Source: Bdellovibrionota bacterium (lineage in GTDB: Bacteria; Bdellovibrionota; UBA1018; UBA923). From it: 23,538 nt of DNA. A program made the position numbers and the translations under genes. The notes under the pieces are model-generated. The model had not been told where the DNA came from. It saw only the letters and a list, made by a program, of their open reading frames with translations, and ran no database searches. Location: assembly GCA_040754655.1 (NCBI GenBank), contig JBFMCE010000063.1, forward strand, positions 1 to 23,538. The letters run 5' to 3'. Of the stretch, positions 17,255 to 23,538 are shown one piece after another. Every line of letters begins with the position of its first letter. Position 1 is the stretch's first letter.

Positions 17255-18859
17255 ATGCACGGTCTCATCCGTTTTCGTCTCGCTTTAGGGCTAGCCGCTA
17301 GTCTCATATTTTCATTCCATACGGCTCACGCCAACGATTCTAAAAACTCGGTAAAATCAGCGCGCTACAAGTGCGCTTCGCTCCTCACCAACGCCATCCC
17401 ACTCTCGTGGGTCAAGAAAATGGCTGAAGAAGGCAAGGCCCATGACCCTCAAGTCAAAAGACTGCGCGACAATGTGCAACGCAATGGTTTTGAAAACACG
17501 GCGCTGAACGCAGACATCTTGAAGTCGCACTCAGACAATTACACCCTGGAACTTTTTCAAGGGCCCATTACTGACCAGCAACGCTCGGGGCGTTGTTGGA
17601 TCTTCGCCGGCCTCAACATGATTCGTTCACAGATGATCGCGGAAGGAAAAGTACCCGAAAACTTCGAGTTCTCAGAGAACTACCTTCACTTCTTCAACAT
17701 GCTCGAGAAGTCAAACAGGTACCTCGAAGAGATCATCGAGCAGACCTCAGTCAACTCCGTGGCAAAAAAATTGAAGATTCCGGGCGAAACCAGGGGAGAA
17801 GGCTTGAGCAGCATCTTCGAACCCCAAATCAGCGATGGCGGCTGGTATGAATACTTCATGTTCCTGGTTTCGAAATACGGGCTTATGCCGAAAGAGGCGA
17901 TGCCCGAAACTCGCAGCGCCCTGAACACAGATGCTCTTCTCACCGAACTGAAGAAATACTTGGCCTCAACGGCTGCTGAGATGCTGGTCGCAATCAATGA
18001 GTTCGAAAGCAAGGCCCCGAAGAGGATGGGCAAGAAAAAGAAAGAAGAAAAACTGACTGAGCTCTTGCGGCCGATCAAAGAACGCGGGATGCAGGGGGTG
18101 TGGAAGGTTTTGGCCACCCACCTTGGCGACCCACCGACGCGATTTGATTATCGGATGACCGGAAAATCCGAGCGACGCGGGCTGATCAGGGTAAACCCGA
18201 CACAAGTCGTAACCACGACGCCAAAGATCTTCGCGCGTAAGTTCATTCAGTTTAATCCTGACGATTACGTGCCAGTGACGACGTATTCGCAACTTGATCC
18301 GGGAATTGTTTATGAAATCCCAGAGAGCGCCATCGGACCGTCGACCTCAAAGAACCATCCTTACAATCTTCGCTTCTTGAACGTCGATATCTCGCGCTTG
18401 GAACACCTCGCGGTAAACGCGATCGAGGGCGGCCAGGCGGTTTGGTTTGCCGCAGACATTGGAATTGATGTCTTCAATACGGCCGGAATCATGCACCCCA
18501 AGCTTTTTGAACGAGATTCGATCTACAACTTGAGTGAGACCGAACGCATGGCATCCCTACCTCGGCCGCTTCGCACTTATTTTGGTCTGGCCTCACCCAA
18601 CCACGCGATGCTTTTGACGGGGCTTGATCGCCCAGACCCGAAAGGACCTGTGGTGAAATTCAAGAACGAAAACTCGTGGGGCAAACAAGTGGGAAGCCAG
18701 GGCATTTACCATCTCTACCGCGAATGGTTCCAAGAGTATGTGTTTCAAATCATCGTGCACAAGCGGTTCCTCACCGAGAGAGAACGCAAAGCATGGGGTT
18801 CTGAAGCCGCAGAGGTGCCTGCCGAAGCTGACCTCGCTGATGGCGTGAGACAAGATTAA
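17255..18859 (+). CDS. Secreted C1B-family cysteine peptidase (aminopeptidase C / bleomycin hydrolase-like; start corrected to 17255, 534 aa)
   Basis: ITDQQRSGRCWIFAGLN (oxyanion Gln, catalytic Cys), FEFSENYL, DGGWY, KYGLMPK, HAMLLTG (His), ENSWG (Asn). ATG at 17255 follows GGGGAG and opens a signal peptide ending in AHA. Confidence 0.92.
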   Translation: MHGLIRFRLALGLAASLIFSFHTAHANDSKNSVKSARYKCASLLTNAIPLSWVKKMAEEGKAHDPQVKRLRDNVQRNGFENTALNADILKSHSDNYTLELFQGPITDQQRSGRCWIFAGLNMIRSQMIAEGKVPENFEFSENYLHFFNMLEKSNRYLEEIIEQTSVNSVAKKLKIPGETRGEGLSSIFEPQISDGGWYEYFMFLVSKYGLMPKEAMPETRSALNTDALLTELKKYLASTAAEMLVAINEFESKAPKRMGKKKKEEKLTELLRPIKERGMQGVWKVLATHLGDPPTRFDYRMTGKSERRGLIRVNPTQVVTTTPKIFARKFIQFNPDDYVPVTTYSQLDPGIVYEIPESAIGPSTSKNHPYNLRFLNVDISRLEHLAVNAIEGGQAVWFAADIGIDVFNTAGIMHPKLFERDSIYNLSETERMASLPRPLRTYFGLASPNHAMLLTGLDRPDPKGPVVKFKNENSWGKQVGSQGIYHLYREWFQEYVFQIIVHKRFLTERERKAWGSEAAEVPAEADLADGVRQD

Positions 18860-18862
18860 GAA

Positions 18863-18894
18863 GGCCGTGGTTTCTACAAGTAGAAACCACGGCC
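18863..18894. terminator. Long perfect hairpin between convergent genes, likely bidirectional terminator
   Basis: GGCCGTGGTTTCTAC-AA-GTAGAAACCACGGCC (15-bp arms); followed by TTCTT on the minus strand. Confidence 0.7.
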
Positions 18895-18923
18895 CTCAGT
18901 CAATGATTTTTATGAAAGAAGAA

Positions 18924-20150
18924 TTACTGCGGCTCACCGACGGTGGCAGTAACCGCAGTCGCTGTCTTAGATAAATCTTTGGTAGCGGTGCCGGCTTCGA
19001 CCAAATCTAGCCCGACTGTTGCGCTCTTGGTCGCCGTTTCTGCGCGATCAGCCTCAACCGCAGCTGAGCTCGATTGAGTAGCGCTGCTTGACAGCGTGCC
19101 GGCGAGCGTTTCGGCTTGGCACTCTTGTCTGATTTTCTCTGCAGCTTTTGCTTCATAGCGGTTGATCGCGTGGTACAACTCGTTTGAGTTCGCAAAGAAG
19201 CCAAACGTTCTTGTGCCTGCTTGAACTTTTGGCGCGATCTTATTAATGTCTTCTAGAATCGGCTCGGCGTCTTCAGACAAATCAAGGCCTGAAGCGATCG
19301 AGTAAGTAGGTGCATTGAGATCACCTGCAGGAAAGCCTGACTTTGCATTGCCAGCCGTGGTCACCAAGAGGATCTTGCCACCTTGAAGGTAGATGCGATC
19401 TTCGATTTTTCCTGGATAAGCGTCACTCTTTAAGAACAGCAGGAAGTCGCGTGGCATTGCTTCGCCTAGTGTGCCAGGTTGAGCGTCTTTGCTAAGGTTT
19501 TGTACCTTGTCACGCATCTCGTGTTCGAATTCTTCCATCTCAGCTTCGACTTTATTCTTAGACTCCTCCAAGGTTTTTACTGTAGCTTTGAGATTTTCAA
19601 GATCAGTTACCCACTTTGCGCGTTCTTTTATTTTTTTATCTGCTTTGTTTGGATCAACGTTTTCGTGTCTTGCCTGAAGTTCATCGACCTCATCAAGAAC
19701 CTTTAAGATTCCTTCTCCACCTTTAACCGCTTTCTGGCCTAACGAAAGCGCCCGCCGGGCTTTATCGAGCCGCTCGGCAATCTCGAAGTAACCAACCTGA
19801 TATAATTCGGCCGTAATTCTATGAAAAGGCAGACTAAACCTCTTGAACCTTTCCTTTTGTGCCTTCAGGTGAGAAAACTGCGTGTCTTGGACCTGTCCAA
19901 AAGCAGATTCGCCGTCTTTATAGGCCAGGTGAATCGCAAGTTCGAGATCTTCGATTCTTTCTGAGAGCTTTTGGGTCTTGTCTTCAATACAGGCGATTTG
20001 GCTCGCATCAAGAAGGCCTGAGTTTTTCTCATCGAAAAGACTGGGGCCGGCGTCTCCGACAGCGGGCGCCGCGACCTGAGGCTCTGAGGCCCACGCCTGA
20101 AAGGCACTCGTGAATAAAACAAAGCTTGTTATCGAAATGAGATTGATCAT
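18924..20150 (-). CDS. Hypothetical secreted coiled-coil protein (408 aa)
   Basis: RBS AAGGGAG; signal peptide ending in AWA; long K/E-rich heptads; two Cys bracketing the core; A/T-rich tail. Confidence 0.85.
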   Translation of the reverse strand: MINLISITSFVLFTSAFQAWASEPQVAAPAVGDAGPSLFDEKNSGLLDASQIACIEDKTQKLSERIEDLELAIHLAYKDGESAFGQVQDTQFSHLKAQKERFKRFSLPFHRITAELYQVGYFEIAERLDKARRALSLGQKAVKGGEGILKVLDEVDELQARHENVDPNKADKKIKERAKWVTDLENLKATVKTLEESKNKVEAEMEEFEHEMRDKVQNLSKDAQPGTLGEAMPRDFLLFLKSDAYPGKIEDRIYLQGGKILLVTTAGNAKSGFPAGDLNAPTYSIASGLDLSEDAEPILEDINKIAPKVQAGTRTFGFFANSNELYHAINRYEAKAAEKIRQECQAETLAGTLSSSATQSSSAAVEADRAETATKSATVGLDLVEAGTATKDLSKTATAVTATVGEPQ

Positions 20151-20190
20151 GGCTCTCCCTTAAATTTCTCTCTTACTCTAATGGAGAGAC

Positions 20191-20206
20191 TTCAAAGAAC
20201 ATGCCA
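20191..20206 (-). promoter_or_regulatory. Sigma-54-like promoter (variant -12 element)
   Basis: Minus strand TGGCATGTTCTTTGAA: same TGGCATG -24 box as at 1207 and 4145, with TTGA instead of TTGC at -12; 40 nt upstream of the ATG at 20150. Confidence 0.6.
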
Positions 20207-20209
20207 CGA

Positions 20210-20222
20210 CAAGTATTTGATT
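20210..20222 (-). promoter_or_regulatory. IHF-type binding site
   Basis: Minus strand AATCAAATACTTG is an exact match to WATCAA-N4-TTR and lies between the sigma-54 box and the upstream palindrome. Confidence 0.55.
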
Positions 20223-20247
20223 TTACTAAGTATTAATAACTTCATTT

Positions 20248-20264
20248 CGTCTAACTTATAGACA
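20248..20264. promoter_or_regulatory. Candidate enhancer (bEBP upstream activator site)
   Basis: Palindrome GTCTA-ACTTA-TAGAC at 20249-20263; GTCTAACTT recurs at 20292-20300. Confidence 0.5.
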
Positions 20265-20356
20265 CCCGCTAGCCGCGAGATCGACCCTCTGGTCTAACTT
20301 CTATGCATTGACTTGAACCTTGTTCTCTCGTTTCACCCGGTGCTAGACTCGCGAAA

Positions 20357-21211
20357 ATGAAACCCACCTCTATTCCCTTCACCAAACTGCACGGCCTCGG
20401 CAATGATTTCGTGCTGATCGATTTGCGCGAACAAAAACTCTCGCTCACGTCGAGCACCATCCGCGCAATCGCAGATCGAAAAAGAGGCGTTGGGTTTGAT
20501 CAACTTCTCGTGCTCAAACGCTCATCGCGGGTGCATGCGGAACTTGAGATTTTCAATGCCGATGCCTCTCTTGCTGAGATGTGCGGCAATGGCCTAAGAG
20601 CAGCGGCGTTTTATCTGTGGACTCAAGGTAAACTCAGAAGCCACGAGACGCTCACTCTTGAAACCGCGGCTGGTGACCGGCAGTCGCGCGCGGTAAAAAA
20701 AATCCACCCAAACGACACCGAGGCCGAGATTGAATGCGAAATGGGAGTGCCCAAGATTAAAACGATTCCACGATTGCTCAAGCGCGGAATCAAACTGGGG
20801 ACGAAGACCCATCATCCCGTTCTCGTCGACGTCGGCAACCCTCACGCCGTTTTTTTCACTTGGCCCAAGAACCAGGCGCAGCTTGAACAATGGGGAAGCT
20901 TGGTTGAAAACCACCGCGCGTTTCCCAAACGCACCAATGTTGAGTTTGTGCGCGCCGTAAGCCCGCGCGCAATCGAAGTGCAGGTCTGGGAGAGAGGCGT
21001 CGGCATTACTGAGGCTTGCGGCACCGGTGCTGTAGCGGCGACCTGCGCCACCCTTTCGCAGGGGAAAGGCGTAGGCCCGATGGAAGTGCGTTTTACCGGA
21101 GGAAGAGCCAGCGTGCGTTGGGAGGGCGCGCAGCAGGCAGCGTTCTTGCAGGGATATGCAGCCAGGGTGTTTTGTGGCGAGTGGCTTCTCACTAACCCTC
21201 ATGAACATTGA
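20357..21211 (+). CDS. dapF: Diaminopimelate epimerase
   Basis: FTKLHGLGNDF, GVGFDQ, NADAS-AEMCGNG, VGNPHAV, NVEF, WERGVGITEACGTGA (both catalytic Cys present). Confidence 0.97.
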   Translation: MKPTSIPFTKLHGLGNDFVLIDLREQKLSLTSSTIRAIADRKRGVGFDQLLVLKRSSRVHAELEIFNADASLAEMCGNGLRAAAFYLWTQGKLRSHETLTLETAAGDRQSRAVKKIHPNDTEAEIECEMGVPKIKTIPRLLKRGIKLGTKTHHPVLVDVGNPHAVFFTWPKNQAQLEQWGSLVENHRAFPKRTNVEFVRAVSPRAIEVQVWERGVGITEACGTGAVAATCATLSQGKGVGPMEVRFTGGRASVRWEGAQQAAFLQGYAARVFCGEWLLTNPHEH

Positions 21212-21273
21212 GAAGCCGATTAGTAACCTTTTGTAACCAATTCGCCTTTTATTTACAGAGAGGACGTGAATGC

Positions 21274-21624
21274 ATGAAACCAGCGTTCAGAAGTTTTTCG
21301 GGCCGACTGATCGTGGAACAAAAAGAAAGCCTTTCGCTTCTTGATGCGCGAGATGAAAAGCAGTTCTTAAGCGCAGGCGAGGCTCTTATCGAAATACACA
21401 GTCAAACGATCGTATTGAAAAAAGACAGCAAAGAGTATGTCTTTCACTCACCCGTTCAGACCGATCTCATGAACGATCAGCTTCTTCTGCCCGCCGGGCT
21501 AAATGACCAGCCCCTTTCATTGTCGGGAAGCCTGCAAAACGAGAATCTTTCCCTGGTTTTTGAAAGAGAAGGGCCCTCAGGATCTAGGGCCATTGCTTCT
21601 TTCAAGACCTTGCGACTTCTTTGA
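21274..21624 (+). CDS. Hypothetical protein (about 116 aa; start likely MKPAF at 21274)
   Basis: ATG preceded by GAGAGG; ORF fills the gap up to the convergent gene; beta-strand-like pattern; no family recognised. Confidence 0.65.
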   Translation: MKPAFRSFSGRLIVEQKESLSLLDARDEKQFLSAGEALIEIHSQTIVLKKDSKEYVFHSPVQTDLMNDQLLLPAGLNDQPLSLSGSLQNENLSLVFEREGPSGSRAIASFKTLRLL

Positions 21625-21626
21625 AA

Positions 21627-21842
21627 TCAATTGTCGAGACTGAAAAGCGGATTGACGTACAACCGAAACGTCTTGTCACGGTGTCTGCGAATCGCGAAAT
21701 TCTCTTTTCGATCTACAAGACGTTTGTAAAAGTCGGGGTCAAGTTCAGCGACCTCTGAAACAGTTCGACCTTCATACTGTCCAAAATCAATGATGACTTG
21801 ATCTTCTTCGATAATGCCGGTCAATGGACTACCATTGGCCAT
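21627..21842 (-). CDS. Small protein with FG-x-Y-x-G motif (exonuclease X C-terminal / DUF3820-like)
   Basis: Strong RBS GGGAGG; IDFGQYEGRTVSEVAELDPDFYKRL resembles the FGKYKG...DPxYxxW small-domain pattern. Confidence 0.75.
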   Translation of the reverse strand: MANGSPLTGIIEEDQVIIDFGQYEGRTVSEVAELDPDFYKRLVDRKENFAIRRHRDKTFRLYVNPLFSLDN

Positions 21843-22007
21843 TGTGAGTAAACCTCCCTGTGTATGACGATTTCTAGGAAAATACTTCCTCTTTTCGCCT
21901 GGGTCCTTCCCTGCTTAGAGACCCCTGAAAAGAAATCCTAGCGTTCTTGGATTAAAAATCAACCCCTCTTCTATTCTCAGTCGGCAGGATGGGCTACACT
22001 TTAGGGT

Positions 22008-22535
22008 ATGGAGCCCGGGCGATTGAGCGCTTGCACTCATTGGATGGTTTGTATTTGGGCCGCGTTGACGGCGTTCTCACCCTCGAGGGCGCTTGCGACC
22101 GATTCTCATCGCGAACGGCCGGCTTCAATCAAGAACATTGAATTGGTGAAGCCCGGGAAGACGTCAGTTTCTGAACTGCGTCAAATCTTGGGAAGCCCTC
22201 GCAGCGTCGTTCGTGAAGGGCCAACGCGCGAGTACTATTTTTTTGATTTAGGCGAAGGAAGCACGATGGATGCAACCATCAGTTTGCGTCGCGGCGTCGT
22301 CGATTACATTAGCTACCTTTGCAGCGAATCTTTGAAAGAAGTGCGTGAAAAGTACGGTGAAAAACCCTCTTCCACGCAAACTCTTCGGTCAAAGGGAATC
22401 GGTTATTACAGAACCTTCAAACAGGCGATTTACGAAGAACAAGGGCGCGGTTTCGTCTATGACTCAAAGAGCCAAAAGGTAAAGGCCTGCCTTGTTTGGA
22501 GGCCGGGTGAAAAGTTCGAGGAACTGGGGAGTTAG
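22008..22535 (+). CDS. Hypothetical exported protein with BamE/SmpA (BLIP-like) signature
   Basis: Signal-like N-terminus (..SRALA); VKPGKTSVSELRQILGSP and a second SLKEVREKYGEKP repeat; two Cys in the mature part. Confidence 0.75.
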   Translation: MEPGRLSACTHWMVCIWAALTAFSPSRALATDSHRERPASIKNIELVKPGKTSVSELRQILGSPRSVVREGPTREYYFFDLGEGSTMDATISLRRGVVDYISYLCSESLKEVREKYGEKPSSTQTLRSKGIGYYRTFKQAIYEEQGRGFVYDSKSQKVKACLVWRPGEKFEELGS

Positions 22536-22656
22536 GTGAGACCGGGATTGAGGCCGCGATTGCAATTGCGAGCAAGGTAGTGATCGCGGGATTTCTAATT
22601 TTTGCTCTCACGCCAGGAAGGCGTTGAGTTTTTTGACTAGGAAGGCGAGGTGAAAG

Positions 22657-23319
22657 ATGGGTTCTTTAAAAAACAATTCGATTCAATGGGTTCTATTGGC
22701 TTTACTGACCGCGACTCCTGCAGTTGCACATGCGAAGTGCAAGTACTCTACCTTGAGCGCAGCGCAATGCGAAAAGATTAAACGCGTCACTGAAAAATGG
22801 CCCCCAAAAACCGAAATCGCGCGCGTGGATGAAGTTGATCCTGAAACGGGCGCATGCCGGTACAATGCAGATGAGAATAAAGTTGAAGTAGCAGCTGCAG
22901 CGCTTGAAAAATACTCGGAAAACGCTCTTGCACAATGCCTTGCCCGAGCATTCGCCAACGCGAACTACGCAGATGTCGAAGAGCAGTGGGCTAAAGAACT
23001 GGGCGAGCATAAAGCCTGGATCGTTCGCAGGGGCGAGGCCCAGGAAGTCTCGACTGAGGGCAAGAAGCTGGCTGCCGTCTCGGCGCATGCGCTTTGGACC
23101 ACATTTGCCGCTCGTGAGTTGCTGGCACGTTATGAAGGTTTAGTGAATGACGGCGGCCAGGATGTGGCGACGACAAGCGGACGTACTTTGGCTTCGTTAA
23201 ATGATTCTGCTTCTGCTGGCGCCATAGTTGACGCCGAAGCCACACCGGGTGGCGGCGGCACTGGAAAGCCAGAACTTGACGAGGTCGTCAGAGGGCTCTT
23301 GGGAGCTTCGACTCGCTGA
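22657..23319 (+). CDS. Hypothetical secreted protein (220 aa)
   Basis: RBS GAGGTG; signal peptide ending in AHA; four Cys in the N-terminal half; low-complexity tail. Confidence 0.8.
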   Translation: MGSLKNNSIQWVLLALLTATPAVAHAKCKYSTLSAAQCEKIKRVTEKWPPKTEIARVDEVDPETGACRYNADENKVEVAAAALEKYSENALAQCLARAFANANYADVEEQWAKELGEHKAWIVRRGEAQEVSTEGKKLAAVSAHALWTTFAARELLARYEGLVNDGGQDVATTSGRTLASLNDSASAGAIVDAEATPGGGGTGKPELDEVVRGLLGASTR

Positions 23320-23412
23320 GCAATCCAAGCCAAGAGAGCGCCAGTGTGCGAGGTGTATCTTCGCGTTCGCAGCAGCACCGCTTCGTTTTACCGGAATTTC
23401 GTTGCTGAACAC

Positions 23413-23538
23413 TCACAGCAGCAGTGGCACTTTTCTCAACACACCTCTTTCATCAAAGAGAATGAGATCGGTTTGCAGAAGATCGAGCACGCCTGATTTT
23501 ACTGGGTTCTGAAAGATGTAGCGGATGGTGTTGGTAAG
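23413..23538 (-). CDS. 3' end of a probable Y1 HUH transposase (RAYT / IS200-like); partial, runs off the window
   Basis: My translation of the minus strand from 23538 is LTNTIRYIFQNPVKSGVLDLLQTDLILFDERGVLRKVPLLL*. YIxxNPVKxG is the catalytic-Tyr motif of RAYT-type transposases. Only 41 aa are visible. Confidence 0.6.
   Translation of the reverse strand, partial: LTNTIRYIFQNPVKSGVLDLLQTDLILFDERGVLRKVPLLL

Noticed and set aside
18863..18894. Hairpin containing GTAG considered as a REP element linked to the RAYT-like gene
   Set aside because: Single copy in the window, GTAG is inside the stem rather than 5' of it, and the position between convergent genes fits a terminator.
22417..22656. 64-aa minus-strand ORF and a hydrophobic plus-strand reading (ETGIEAAIAIASKVVIAGFLIFAL) in the intergenic gap
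   Set aside because: The plus-strand frame has no usable start after the previous stop; the minus-strand ORF overlaps the 175-aa gene and has no RBS.
161..23512. The many 60-200 aa alternative-frame and antisense ORFs in the track
   Set aside because: They lie within well-supported genes and show no motifs or RBSs; treated as shadow ORFs.
1..23538. CRISPR arrays, tRNA, rRNA, phage or defence genes
   Set aside because: No regularly spaced repeats, cloverleaf sequences or recognisable signatures were seen.

Overview
Bacterial chromosomal window; gene content and style suggest a predatory Bdellovibrionota/Oligoflexia-like organism (inference only). The core is a minus-strand de novo purine cluster purF-purC-purD-purN-purL(PurS-fused type)-purQ, then purH. 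An opposite-strand 820-aa secreted orphan separates purQ from purH, and purM, purE/K and purB are not in the window. To the left are four tandem, highly diverged paralogous lipoproteins sharing a 4-cysteine domain I do not recognise. To the right are a signal-peptide-bearing C1B (PepC/bleomycin hydrolase) peptidase, a secreted coiled-coil protein, dapF, several small hypothetical genes and the 3' end of a probable Y1 (RAYT/IS200-like) transposase at the window edge. The most interesting signals are: (1) the lipoprotein array; (2) three near-identical sigma-54 promoters in front of orphan exported proteins, two with identically spaced candidate activator sites; (3) an R-[FY]-K-C-A-x-L-L motif shared by the termini of two unrelated secreted proteins.
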